DNA of 64,000 bases from Candidatus Melainabacteria bacterium (GCA_005110385.1 DUDT01000021.1:45420-109419); one strand, 5' to 3'; shown: positions 28,936 to 39,070, numbered from the stretch's first letter. Numbers and translations: made by a program. Notes: generated by a model not told the origin, from the letters alone.

Positions 28936-30155
28936 CCCGCAGATCCTATTTAACTGGCTTAATGGTAGGTATACTATCTTTCGTCAGTTTTACCTTAGTA
29001 GATCAGAACATTTTCGCAAGCCTTGAGCAAAGGCTTATATTAGGCCGTGTCGCTTTTAAGAAAATGCTATTACAGGATACCCTGTATAACTCAGATCTAG
29101 TCATTAACTTAGATATTCACACCATTACTTTTTTACTTTTTCTGATCGGCATATCTATTTTCTTACTTTTTTTAAAACCTTGGGCTAGATCTTTCGTTCT
29201 CTGCTTTATATTTTTAGGATTAATAGTCTTTAGCCAAGTAATATTTTTTATGTTTGATATAAACATTTACGTTATCAAACTGATACTTTCTTCGATATTA
29301 GTTTTCTTTTTTACCACTCTTCTCGACGTAGATTTAGATTATGTAAACTGGTTTCAAGCCTTTAATAAACTTCCTAAAAAAAATATAGGTATAGATCTTT
29401 ATGATCACAAGAAACACGAACTTAGCGTAAATATGAATATCCCGGTAGATAATTCGCAGAAAGCACTTATAGAAAGAGAGCTTAAGGCTAAGTACTATTT
29501 AAAGATGGAAGATAAAATGGAAGGTTTATTGGTAGAATTTCAGGATAAAATCTTACAGAAATTAAGCGATATTCAAGGAAAACTAAACACGAATCTCGAT
29601 GACTTAACTTTACACTCCGCTTCTAATCTGCTTTTCATGTGCCGTTCTGATTTTAATAGCACCTTAGATATTTTAGATAACTGGTTATTTCAGTTAGCGC
29701 CACTAAATTTCGAGAAAGAGAAAGGCTTTTTAGATAGTCTAGATTTATTAGTAGACAAACATAACTATCTCTCATCGGGTCGCATAAAGCTTAAGGTAGA
29801 AACTAAGATTAAATCACTAGACATGGAGTTCCTGTATAAAATTCAGATTTTTCGTTCATTAAATGAGCTTATACAGCTCATAGATGAAATTAATCACGAT
29901 GTTGTAGAAAGACCTTTAAAAATTTTAATCCTTATCGAACAGAAGGAAAATCACTCACTAAGCATTTCTTTAAATTATCCTTTCCGTATGATAGACGTAG
30001 AGTCACATAGTTTTAAACTTAAAGAAGTTAAAAACCGTTTAGATACTATATCTGCAAGATTAGGTTTTGGTGAAAATGAGAAATTATCGAAGAATAAAAA
30101 AATAAATCAAGTAGAAATCCTTCTAGATAAAGAGAAATTTACCCTGAGCTATTAA
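28932..30155 (+). CDS. Membrane protein with a degenerate HisKA_3/HATPase-like C-terminus (putative pseudokinase)
   Basis: N-terminal TMs, H-box-like EFQDKILQKL lacking His, IQIFRSLNE resembling the N-box region. GTGA overlap with ruvB. Confidence 0.55.
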   Translation: MTRRSYLTGLMVGILSFVSFTLVDQNIFASLEQRLILGRVAFKKMLLQDTLYNSDLVINLDIHTITFLLFLIGISIFLLFLKPWARSFVLCFIFLGLIVFSQVIFFMFDINIYVIKLILSSILVFFFTTLLDVDLDYVNWFQAFNKLPKKNIGIDLYDHKKHELSVNMNIPVDNSQKALIERELKAKYYLKMEDKMEGLLVEFQDKILQKLSDIQGKLNTNLDDLTLHSASNLLFMCRSDFNSTLDILDNWLFQLAPLNFEKEKGFLDSLDLLVDKHNYLSSGRIKLKVETKIKSLDMEFLYKIQIFRSLNELIQLIDEINHDVVERPLKILILIEQKENHSLSISLNYPFRMIDVESHSFKLKEVKNRLDTISARLGFGENEKLSKNKKINQVEILLDKEKFTLSY

Positions 30156-30193
30156 AGCCGTATCTAATTCCTTTTTCTACGTTACTAGTCTTA

Positions 30194-31531
30194 TTAAAAG
30201 ACTGCTGCTAAGCCAAGTTTCAGTTTAATTTTAGGCTGCTTTCTCAATTCTTTATTTAATTTAGTTATCACAGTATAGTCTTTAAGAAACTTCTCTGCAT
30301 ACAGCACTAATGGCTGATCAATCTTTGGCTCCAAAAGAGTCAGCTCGACAATATGCCCTGAATTAGGGTCTAAGACTATATCATAATTTAGTTTCTGTTC
30401 AGTCACAGCAGGATTACCGCGAGCTTTTAACTTAACAGCCCAATCAGCATATAATTTACGGTAAATCTGGCTTAGTATAATCTTAGATTTCGGTTTTAAC
30501 TTCTCTTGAAATAATGCAACATCGTATGGATAAGGCTTTAAAACCAACTGAGAAGCTTCCTTATCTATAGCATAATCAAATAATCCAAGAAAATCTCTGC
30601 CTAGTTTATTTTCACCAGTATGCAGATGAAAAATCTGATTATAAATATTAATGTCCACTGAATCTATATCCTTTAAAGATATGTGATGGAAATCTACATA
30701 CGGCAATATAGTAAAAGTCCAAAGTTGCTTCCCTAGCTGAAAGTATCTAGATATCTTGGTCTGAGGTATACCTAACTTATCTAAGGTCTGTTGATTAATA
30801 TAATTATTTTGACTATTCGCATCAATCTGAAAATCTAAATACTCCGCATTATCTTTTAGGCTTATCAAAGCATAAACTTGCCCATTAGATACTGGTATTC
30901 GAAGCTCTTCTTTAACAAGCTCTGGCTCTGACTCAGAAGCTGGTTTATAAAAAGCCACTGAGTCATAACCAGTAATATTAGTTTCATATAGATAATTACT
31001 TAAAAGTGGTACAGGTGAGCAAATCAGAATAGTAAAAATAGCTAAGCTCACTAATGATCCTATTAACAGCGAAATAAAACGAAAGATTTTAATTAAAAAA
31101 AACTGACGATTATAATTAGGATTCTCTACCACTAAAGTATTTGCACAGAGATCTTGCAGTGTAAGTCTTTCTGAATTAAATATCATCGCGATAGAACCTA
31201 AACCAAGAATCAAAACAGAAACATAGGAAAGAAAGGCTCTAACAAGTATCTGATACCAGTTCACAGCTTTATCATCATGTAAATTTCTAATCTCGAGACC
31301 TAGAACCCACTTACCGAAATCATTCCGTGTTTTTAAAAGTAATAGAGTATTCATGACTAAAACAAGAATTGCTGAGACAATAACACAGCTTGTTATTGAG
31401 ACTATACCAATAAGCTGCTTAGCTAGATAAGCTAAGCCATTAGATAAAAGAAAAACCAAAACTCCAAAAACTAGGAAATTAAAATAAAAAGCGGTTAGGC
31501 GATCTTTAGCACTAGCGATGTTAGTGTACAT
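30194..31531 (-). CDS. RDD-domain protein fused to a retropepsin-like and a TonB-C-like region
   Basis: AKDRLTAF, FGKWVLGLEI, RLTLQDLCANTLVV (RDD), FQIDANSQ and LGRDFL (retropepsin-like), periplasmic C-terminal domain. Confidence 0.7.
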   Translation of the reverse strand: MYTNIASAKDRLTAFYFNFLVFGVLVFLLSNGLAYLAKQLIGIVSITSCVIVSAILVLVMNTLLLLKTRNDFGKWVLGLEIRNLHDDKAVNWYQILVRAFLSYVSVLILGLGSIAMIFNSERLTLQDLCANTLVVENPNYNRQFFLIKIFRFISLLIGSLVSLAIFTILICSPVPLLSNYLYETNITGYDSVAFYKPASESEPELVKEELRIPVSNGQVYALISLKDNAEYLDFQIDANSQNNYINQQTLDKLGIPQTKISRYFQLGKQLWTFTILPYVDFHHISLKDIDSVDINIYNQIFHLHTGENKLGRDFLGLFDYAIDKEASQLVLKPYPYDVALFQEKLKPKSKIILSQIYRKLYADWAVKLKARGNPAVTEQKLNYDIVLDPNSGHIVELTLLEPKIDQPLVLYAEKFLKDYTVITKLNKELRKQPKIKLKLGLAAVF

Positions 31532-31553
31532 TATAAGACCATTCTATACCAAA

Positions 31554-31587
31554 TCAGCTTTGAAATTACTCGTTTGCAAGCAGCCCA
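31554..31587. repeat. Partial palindromic element supplying the rsmA C-terminus and stop codon
   Basis: Minus-strand tgggctgcttgcaaacgagtaatttcaaagctga is 26/34 identical to gggactgctcgcaaacgtacaagttcaaggctga (composite arm). Confidence 0.7.
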
Positions 31588-32450
31588 ATCTTGGGATTGT
31601 TTGTTAAATCTAATTTCTGCGTTAAAGTATTAATTTCCGCTAAAGATAAAGTTTCGCCTCTCAGCTTAGGATCTAGATTTAAAGATTTAATTTCGGCTTC
31701 TGTATATCCGGCAGCTTTTAAAGCATTAGAAAGCACTTTACGGCGATTTGCAAAAATAGCCTTGATAAACCTTCTTAACTGCTTAGGATTCTCTGTTTCG
31801 ACTAAAGGTTTGTCCCTAAGCTTAATCTTGATAAAAGCAGAAGTAACTTTAGGAGCTGGCTGAAAACACTTCGGCTCAACTGTAAATAGATACTCAGTTT
31901 CAGCCCAATAACTCACAAAATGAGTTAAAGCAGAATACTGTTTAGTACCAAGATTCGCTATAAGCCTTTCAGCATACTCTTTCTGCACTAAAATATAAAT
32001 TTCATCAAGCTGAGCCTGATTTTCGCTAGGAAAACCGATTTCACCGAGTAGATGCAGAATTATCTTAGTAGTAATCTGGTAAGGAATATTAGCGACTATC
32101 TTAATTTTCTTAGCATGAGGAATAAGCTCTGGGAGCTTAAACTGTAAAAAATCTTGATTGAAAAATTTAAAATTTTTATTTAATTTTGATAATAGATCCA
32201 AGTGAAAACAGGCTGAAGTGTCTAATTCAACAGCATAAACCTCTTTGGCTAATGGTATTAACCTTTCAGTCAAGAACCCAATACCGGCACCTATTTCTAA
32301 AATAACATCACTATCCTTATCTAAATTAGCAGCTTGAATGATTCGCTCATGAATAGATTCATCTATTAAAAAGCACTGTCCTAAAGACTTCTGTTTTCTA
32401 TACCTACTAGCTCTCTCAGCTAAGCTTGAATAATCGCACGACTCTGCCAT
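31566..32450 (-). CDS. rsmA: 16S rRNA adenine dimethyltransferase KsgA
   Basis: KSLGQCFL, EIGAGIG, VANIPYQIT, VQKEYAERL, FQPAPKVTSA, RRKVLSNAL. Confidence 0.96.
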   Translation of the reverse strand: MAESCDYSSLAERASRYRKQKSLGQCFLIDESIHERIIQAANLDKDSDVILEIGAGIGFLTERLIPLAKEVYAVELDTSACFHLDLLSKLNKNFKFFNQDFLQFKLPELIPHAKKIKIVANIPYQITTKIILHLLGEIGFPSENQAQLDEIYILVQKEYAERLIANLGTKQYSALTHFVSYWAETEYLFTVEPKCFQPAPKVTSAFIKIKLRDKPLVETENPKQLRRFIKAIFANRRKVLSNALKAAGYTEAEIKSLNLDPKLRGETLSLAEINTLTQKLDLTNNPKIGLLANE

Positions 32451-32719
32451 TATGCAAGTATTTTCTGTAATTCACCACTGGCTTCAAGTGCATGTAAATC
32501 ATCACAACCACCAATCGATATACCACCGATAAAAATTTGTGGTACAGACTTGCGGTTTCCTTTAGTCCTTTGGGAAAGCTCTTCTCTAGCTACTTCATCA
32601 CCATCTATGCGAATCTGTTTAAACTCTAATTCTTTCGCTCTCAGTAAAGCTAAAGCTTTCTGACAATAAGGGCAGTGATCCCATGTATAAATTACTATCT
32701 CTTTACTCTGTACTACCAT
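32450..32719 (-). CDS. grxC: Glutaredoxin 3
   Basis: CPYC, SVPQIFIG, GGCDDL. Confidence 0.95.
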   Translation of the reverse strand: MVVQSKEIVIYTWDHCPYCQKALALLRAKELEFKQIRIDGDEVAREELSQRTKGNRKSVPQIFIGGISIGGCDDLHALEASGELQKILA

Positions 32720-32763
32720 AGGATTTAATCATAAAACATATAGAAGTCTTGTATTATTAAATC

Positions 32764-33654
32764 ATGAGTATTGACCCTAAGTTTATCGGTAAAATCTATC
32801 CAGAGACTCATTATGAAATCGGTAGGGAAAAGGTTAAAGAATTTATCAGAGCGACTAAAGGTGAACAATTCCAGTACACGGAAGTACTGCCTCTTACGTT
32901 TCCAGTAGTTTATGCCTCTGCTTTACTTGAGGCGGTACTGTATGATCCAGATTTAAATCTAAACCTAAAAAAATTAGTACACGGTGATCAAGAATTTACA
33001 TATCATCAAACAGCTAGAATTGGTGACGCTCTTACTAGTCGTGGTTTTATCGAAAATATTTTCACAAAAAAAATACATGATTTTCTAGTTTTCAAAGTAG
33101 AGTCTTATAATGAGCACCAAGAACTCGTTTGCACTCAAAAAATGACCTTCGTGGTTCGTGGCGGCAATGACAAAGATTTTTCGACCAGTGAAAAATTAGC
33201 TTTAAAACTCGCTGGTATAGCAGCTAGGCTTAACCCTATAGAAAAAATAATTCCAGCAGAAGAATCACAGCCAGTGTATTTCCAGACATCTGAAACAGAA
33301 TACCAAATGAATGTCTTAATTGATAAATACATGCCACAAAGATATGCTGGAGCAAGTGGAGACTTTAATGCTATTCACCTAGACGATACGCTTGGAAAAA
33401 AATCTGGCTTAGGTGGTTATATTTTGCACGGCATGGCAACTATGGCTCTAGCAGCTAATCTTGGTGTACATTTCTTTGGACCAGCTGCTATTAAAAGCTT
33501 TAAAGCACGTTTTTCAAAACCAGTTAGTCCTGGAGATGGGCTAAGCTATTTTGCAAAATTAATACAAAATGACACAGAAAAAAAACTAGAAATAACATCT
33601 AAAGATGCTCTTGGTAACAATGTTTTAGAATTTAGTTATTTAGATTTCTGCTGA
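32764..33654 (+). CDS. Fused MaoC-N/MaoC double hot-dog (R)-specific dehydratase (HadA-HadB-like)
   Basis: EIGREKVKEF..HGDQEFTY (HadA/FAS1-like) plus YAGASGDFNAIH and ILHGM (hydratase 2 motif). Confidence 0.85.
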   Translation: MSIDPKFIGKIYPETHYEIGREKVKEFIRATKGEQFQYTEVLPLTFPVVYASALLEAVLYDPDLNLNLKKLVHGDQEFTYHQTARIGDALTSRGFIENIFTKKIHDFLVFKVESYNEHQELVCTQKMTFVVRGGNDKDFSTSEKLALKLAGIAARLNPIEKIIPAEESQPVYFQTSETEYQMNVLIDKYMPQRYAGASGDFNAIHLDDTLGKKSGLGGYILHGMATMALAANLGVHFFGPAAIKSFKARFSKPVSPGDGLSYFAKLIQNDTEKKLEITSKDALGNNVLEFSYLDFC

Positions 33655-35558
33655 GTAGAAGCTTTTTTCTTAGCCTCATTGATTAAGAATTCATATTTTT
33701 CTTCTAAGTTAAAAACTTGCTCTAAGCTTTCATATTCTGCAAATAATATCAACATAAGTTTAACTACTCTACCAGCTAGATAGTAACCCTCAATTATAGA
33801 TTTATCCTTAGCGATTTTAAGCATCTGAGCTACAATACCTTCGCCATCACGAATACGTTTTTTATTCATTAAATTAACAATAGATTCTAGAACCTTGAGC
33901 ATGTCATACTGACCTGGATAGCTAAAATCTACAATATTTTTAAAAATATTATCAGCTTGAATATCTATAAAAACCGAACCCGACTCTTGCATCAAGGCAG
34001 TATCTTCAGAGGCTGCAACTAAAAAATAATCTTTATTTTGAGAAAAAACCTTTAATACCTGCTTTACTTTTTTAATATTCTTTCTATATTCATCATCATT
34101 TATGTCTTTTCCATATATATACTCAACACCTGTTAAATAAAGGAGAGTGCCCTCTGGCTCATATTTTAAACGATTCTCTAAAGCGGTCCCCATATCATTT
34201 TGATTATTCATAGCAATATCTTCAAAATTTACATGTTTAAAATCCATATTCCGTAGAATACAGAAAAGACGCAAAGCGTAGATCTTATCAAATCTATTTA
34301 AACCTCTTAGTAAGGCACTTTCATAGACATTTTGATTAATAGACGTCTCTTTTTTCTCAAATGGCGCTCTCCCTATTTTTTTTAGCAGACTATCAAAATA
34401 ATCTTTTTGAAATATTGGTATTGGCAAATCATCTAAAAATAATCCCTCAGCCTTCATTAAATCTTTAGGGTCCAAATATTTAGGTGTTTTTTCTTCAACA
34501 TATGATGACTCAGATTCAGTTAAAGTGTTTCTTTTACACAAAATTTTGATTAATTCTTGATCGCGCTCATCATCCATCTTATAAATAGCAAATAAATGTT
34601 CAAGATTAAAAATACTATTTAAGCCCATTAACAAATTACCAAAAGTGGCTACTATAATTTGCTTTAAATTATTTTTCTGCATTGCATTTTTATAAATGGC
34701 AAATATCTCAGGTCTGTTAATTAAAGATACTAAATCTTTAGTTAAACCTTTAAAAATTTGACACATAGTATCATCTAAGGTTTCACTATGGTCAATAATT
34801 GAAGGTAAAATTTTAAGTGCAGCCTGATTTATCTCTAAAGGTTCAAATTCACTTAAAACCTCAAAAGCTTCCCAACGAACCATTGAATCTTCCTTATGAT
34901 CACAAATAATCTCTAATAAAATATCAATAATCATTTGGTTATAAATTTTCCCCTCATTAAAAAAATTATTAATCCTTTTTAACTGATCAATTAGAAATTT
35001 CTTCTTATCTAATGAACCAAGCTCATCAGAGTCTTTTAATTCCTCAACTTCCTTTTCTAAATACTCTAAAGCTAAACTAGGATATAAAGTTACGAAAGGC
35101 ATGAAAGTAGATTTGTAAAACAAAAAACGATTTACTAAAGTACTATGTGTTGAGTCTTTAATTTTCTGAAGTAGATTGGGGAAGATAAATGATAAATTTT
35201 TTATGCCCTTGAAAATCGTTAAGTTAGTGATTATATCTGGAGTTAAAGACTCATCCCACTCTACGACATCACTATTTAAATGCTGTATTAATTTATTTAA
35301 AGCTAAACTTTGTATATCTGTTTCCTGTATCCTTAACCAAGCTAACCAAGCATCAAAAGATCTGTGACGAAATTGGTAACAGATTTTTTTTAAAAGTCTA
35401 AGTGTTTCTGGACTATATTTTTTTTTGATAACAACAGATTTTTCATATTTACTTGTTGAAAAATTTCGAAAAAAACCTGTAAATAACATTAAATAAATAA
35501 ATATAAAAGCAATGACCACTACGATGGTTATTATTATATTTAGCGTATTATTATCCAT
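33636..35558 (-). CDS. Membrane-anchored helical protein with a degenerate AAA+-like domain, paralog of 35559-37283
   Basis: N-terminal TM, shared W..W...Q...Q.....KLI.HL motif, ALLRGLNRFDKIYAL at the Walker A position. Confidence 0.7.
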   Translation of the reverse strand: MDNNTLNIIITIVVVIAFIFIYLMLFTGFFRNFSTSKYEKSVVIKKKYSPETLRLLKKICYQFRHRSFDAWLAWLRIQETDIQSLALNKLIQHLNSDVVEWDESLTPDIITNLTIFKGIKNLSFIFPNLLQKIKDSTHSTLVNRFLFYKSTFMPFVTLYPSLALEYLEKEVEELKDSDELGSLDKKKFLIDQLKRINNFFNEGKIYNQMIIDILLEIICDHKEDSMVRWEAFEVLSEFEPLEINQAALKILPSIIDHSETLDDTMCQIFKGLTKDLVSLINRPEIFAIYKNAMQKNNLKQIIVATFGNLLMGLNSIFNLEHLFAIYKMDDERDQELIKILCKRNTLTESESSYVEEKTPKYLDPKDLMKAEGLFLDDLPIPIFQKDYFDSLLKKIGRAPFEKKETSINQNVYESALLRGLNRFDKIYALRLFCILRNMDFKHVNFEDIAMNNQNDMGTALENRLKYEPEGTLLYLTGVEYIYGKDINDDEYRKNIKKVKQVLKVFSQNKDYFLVAASEDTALMQESGSVFIDIQADNIFKNIVDFSYPGQYDMLKVLESIVNLMNKKRIRDGEGIVAQMLKIAKDKSIIEGYYLAGRVVKLMLILFAEYESLEQVFNLEEKYEFLINEAKKKASTQQKSK

Positions 35559-37283
35559 CTAGAATACACCTATTTTCTGCATATCCTCTAAACTAACAAG
35601 TTTGCCGTAAATTAATAAGCAAATATGTAAGTAGGTTCTAATATAAACATCAAATTCTATAGAATAAATATCATATGAACTAATGAGCACTTCTGAATCT
35701 GAGACTGTTTCTTTCGCTCGATTCTCACCAAGGCCAAATAATAACTTTTCCCAGATTTTACCTTGCTTCTCAAGTGTGCAATAAGGAACATTCCTGATTG
35801 CTGGGAATAAATCTCTTGGCAAGTACGTTTTTAAATCCTCTTTAATAGCAGAATCATTAATCGACACCTCTTTAGGAATAGATCCTAAATAGTAAATATT
35901 TACTTCTGTGGCATAACTTCTTAGTTTCTCAAAAAGTATTTGATTTTTATCGTCCTTTGAAATATGAATATTTTCTAAAAAAATTAAGTTATGAGGGCTG
36001 CTTAAAAGCTCTGTTTGTAGCTCATTAAAAAATTCATTATCTTTTTCTTCAAGAAAATACTGATAATCTATAAAAATAAACTTCCATTTTTTTTCAGCAG
36101 CAATAGATCTACCAATATAAAGCTTCTCCCAGAAAGCATCTCCAGTAAGTAATATGCCTCCACCATGTACATCATCACCATTTTCATTCTGGATAATCTG
36201 TGGTGCTAAAGAATCGGCCACGATAGAACGAAACTCATCAAGGTCCCCTGGTAAACGGACTTTCTCGGTAATATTCTCAGCAAACAGGGGTTTTCTTGTA
36301 AATGGAAACGTTTCTCTTAAGTCGTAAGCACGTGTAACCATTAATTCTTGATAAGTAAGTGCATTTCTCTGAGCAAGAGCTTTCTGTACCAGCTTTTTTT
36401 CTTCAGCAGAATTCGCATAAGCATAAAACTTGTAAGTATTTTCTATATCTAGATTAATGAGATTCTCACCTAAAGTATTCCCAATAATTTCAAATGCAGT
36501 GAGTTTTAAATTGTTACTAGTACAAAGTTGTTCTATGGTAAAAAATTTTGCATCATTAAATAATTTAACGATTTTAGTTAAAACAAAAGCAAAAACCTTT
36601 AAGCAGTCTTTATTGAAACTCTCTACTTTTTTGTCTAACTCAATAAATTTATCCACACTTCTTAAGAATATTTCCTCTAATTGATCTGCTGATTTACGTC
36701 CTAAACTAGCAATAATAGCTTCTCTCTCTTTAAAACTTAATTCAGGATAAGCGATTACATGAACGACAATATTGGTAATATCTACATCAAATGTAAATAA
36801 ACCAATAGCAGTACTAATGAGATGCATAACCTCTTTTTTATTACGGTCTACATTAATCTGCTGATCAATAATATCCCTAGCAACACTCTCATCATTTAAA
36901 ATCAATCCTTTTATAGCAGGTATATAAGCTTCTGATAAAATCGGATAACTATCACACATTCGATGAGCTGTAATAATAAAATTCTTTAATAACGGTATAG
37001 ATTCTGGGTATCTAAAGTATGAAATAGCTATTAAAACATCAATAGTCACTTTGCTCCAAGTACGTGGATGTTCTTTAAGGTGTTCTATTAACTTGGCAAA
37101 ACCCCTGCTCTGAACTTCATTATTCTGCTTTTTAATCCATTCAACCCACTCACGAACATGATTATGATGATAATTAATGAATACTTTTGCTCGCTGTGAA
37201 TCAGCATTATAAATTTTCTTTAAGAAATCTATCTTGATTTTTAGAGAATTTCTTAAGAAAGTATCTAAACTACGTAGAACCAT
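35559..37283 (-). CDS. Helical protein with a degenerate AAA+-like domain
   Basis: GILLTGDAFWEKLYIGRSIAAE (Walker A position) and LIFLEN (Walker B position). Abuts motB. Confidence 0.7.
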   Translation of the reverse strand: MVLRSLDTFLRNSLKIKIDFLKKIYNADSQRAKVFINYHHNHVREWVEWIKKQNNEVQSRGFAKLIEHLKEHPRTWSKVTIDVLIAISYFRYPESIPLLKNFIITAHRMCDSYPILSEAYIPAIKGLILNDESVARDIIDQQINVDRNKKEVMHLISTAIGLFTFDVDITNIVVHVIAYPELSFKEREAIIASLGRKSADQLEEIFLRSVDKFIELDKKVESFNKDCLKVFAFVLTKIVKLFNDAKFFTIEQLCTSNNLKLTAFEIIGNTLGENLINLDIENTYKFYAYANSAEEKKLVQKALAQRNALTYQELMVTRAYDLRETFPFTRKPLFAENITEKVRLPGDLDEFRSIVADSLAPQIIQNENGDDVHGGGILLTGDAFWEKLYIGRSIAAEKKWKFIFIDYQYFLEEKDNEFFNELQTELLSSPHNLIFLENIHISKDDKNQILFEKLRSYATEVNIYYLGSIPKEVSINDSAIKEDLKTYLPRDLFPAIRNVPYCTLEKQGKIWEKLLFGLGENRAKETVSDSEVLISSYDIYSIEFDVYIRTYLHICLLIYGKLVSLEDMQKIGVF

Positions 37284-38387
37284 TTAATGACCCCCTCCAT
37301 GACTTTCAGCAGGCTTCGCAGCTGGAGCTGCTTCTTTAGCTTCACCCCCACCGTGGGAAGAAGATTTCTCTACTGAATATTTTTCATAATATTCCTGCCT
37401 ACGTTTCTTTTGAGCTAGATCATCTAAATCTAAAGGCTTCTCAGATTTACCCCCACTTTTTTCTAAATATTTCTTAAAATCTTCTGGTTTAGTACCACTA
37501 CGTTTAAGCTCAGCCTCTTTCTTTTTCTCAGCTTTAACTAAAGGGGTCACCGTCTCTAAATCTTTCTGCTGTTTTCTCATTTCAATTAAGACTTCTTCCT
37601 GTAATAGTGTTAGCGTTATTCTTCTATTCATTGAAGCACTAGGATCATCAGGGAATTTCGGCTGAGTATCAGCATAGCCTTCTACTCTAATAAATCGCTG
37701 TGGGCTAATCCCATCAAACTCTAATCGTTTTCGTACTATTTGAGCCCTGTCAGTAGAAAGATTCCAGTTATCATATGATCCTACTCCATAATTATTAGAA
37801 TCTGTATGGCCAGCCACTAACATTGAACTAGCGTTATTTCTTAAAATAGCAGCTAAAGTATCCACAATTTTTTTTACGTAATCTGTTGGTGTGGCTGAGC
37901 CACTAGAAAATAGGGCATGGTTCTTAGTCTCCTGAATCTCTATTAATATTCCATTATCTACAGTATGAAAATTAACGTTCTCAAGCATTTCCTCGCCTAA
38001 GCTCATTTCCAGACTTTCTTTGAATTCGGATTGAATAATCTGCTTTACCCTTTCTTTATTCTCACCAGTTAATTTAAGTTTTTCAAATTGTAAGAAACTA
38101 GCACCGCCCACTAACTGACCTTCTTCACCTGGATTTTTAGCACCACCTAAAACAAATACATTTCCTTGCATTGGCCCTGTTTGAGTAGGTTGCTTGAAAG
38201 CTTCTGCTACAGCCGCTTTTGTACTTGGGTCTGAATTTACGAGCCATAATAAAAGAAACATACACATCATCGCCGTAACAAAATCTGCATAAGCTACTTT
38301 CCAAGCACCACCGTGGTGACCAGCATGTCCGCCTTTCTTGATAATCTTCTTTACTATTATTGGTTGTTCGTCTGATCCTGGTGGCAT
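37284..38387 (-). CDS. motB: Flagellar stator protein MotB
   Basis: HHGGAWKVAYADFVTAM, plus OmpA-like domain GHTDS, NWNLSTDRA and NRRI. Confidence 0.93.
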   Translation of the reverse strand: MPPGSDEQPIIVKKIIKKGGHAGHHGGAWKVAYADFVTAMMCMFLLLWLVNSDPSTKAAVAEAFKQPTQTGPMQGNVFVLGGAKNPGEEGQLVGGASFLQFEKLKLTGENKERVKQIIQSEFKESLEMSLGEEMLENVNFHTVDNGILIEIQETKNHALFSSGSATPTDYVKKIVDTLAAILRNNASSMLVAGHTDSNNYGVGSYDNWNLSTDRAQIVRKRLEFDGISPQRFIRVEGYADTQPKFPDDPSASMNRRITLTLLQEEVLIEMRKQQKDLETVTPLVKAEKKKEAELKRSGTKPEDFKKYLEKSGGKSEKPLDLDDLAQKKRRQEYYEKYSVEKSSSHGGGEAKEAAPAAKPAESHGGGH

Positions 38388-38605
38388 AAGGAAAGAATGT
38401 AGTTAAGAACTATCTTCTATTCTTATTCCTCATAACTAATAGATTTTCAATTAAATCTCGGCTAATCTTCCTGACCTAGTCTCAGTGTACAGGTAATTAA
38501 AATATCCTCTAAAGAGACCAAAAATAGATAAATCTCAAAAAAAACTCTAGGAATTAACAAAGTTACCGATAGAAATGAATGTAACAATCTTTAGGAGAAA
38601 GCAGG

Positions 38606-39070
38606 ATGCAAATGTTAAATAAAAAACCAGTACAGACTAATAACCCAACTAATTTAACACCACAGCAAAAAAAATTTGTAAAGAATATGGTGGATAGTGC
38701 TTCCCCTGAACAGTTAATAGTGATCCTGTATAATGGCTGCCTACAATGGCTAGCAATGGCAAAAAAAGAATTGGAAAAAAACAAGGAAGAAAGAGTACCC
38801 AACTGGACTAACTTTAGTCATCAAATGAAAATGTCAGTTAGTATTATTGAGCATCTTCAAGATTCTTTAAATCATGATATTAATCAGCAATTCGCAGATC
38901 AATTATTTAATCTATACGAATTTTTAAAGTCTAATTTAATGAGATCTAATATAGAAAAAAACCAAGAAAAAATGGATTTCTGCATTAAAATCATTAGCGA
39001 CCTAAAAAACGGATGGCAAGAAGGTATCAATAAGCTTAATGAAAAAGCTACCCAAGAATCTCAGGGTTGA
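38606..39070 (+). CDS. fliS: Flagellar export chaperone FliS
   Basis: SASPEQLIVILYNG, IIEHLQDSLNH, ADQLFNLYEF, LKNGWQE. Confidence 0.9.
   Translation: MQMLNKKPVQTNNPTNLTPQQKKFVKNMVDSASPEQLIVILYNGCLQWLAMAKKELEKNKEERVPNWTNFSHQMKMSVSIIEHLQDSLNHDINQQFADQLFNLYEFLKSNLMRSNIEKNQEKMDFCIKIISDLKNGWQEGINKLNEKATQESQG

Noticed and set aside
38546-38572. Possible sigma28 promoter upstream of fliS (ACCGATAG)
   Set aside because: The -10-like word is present but there is no good TAAA -35 at the expected spacing.
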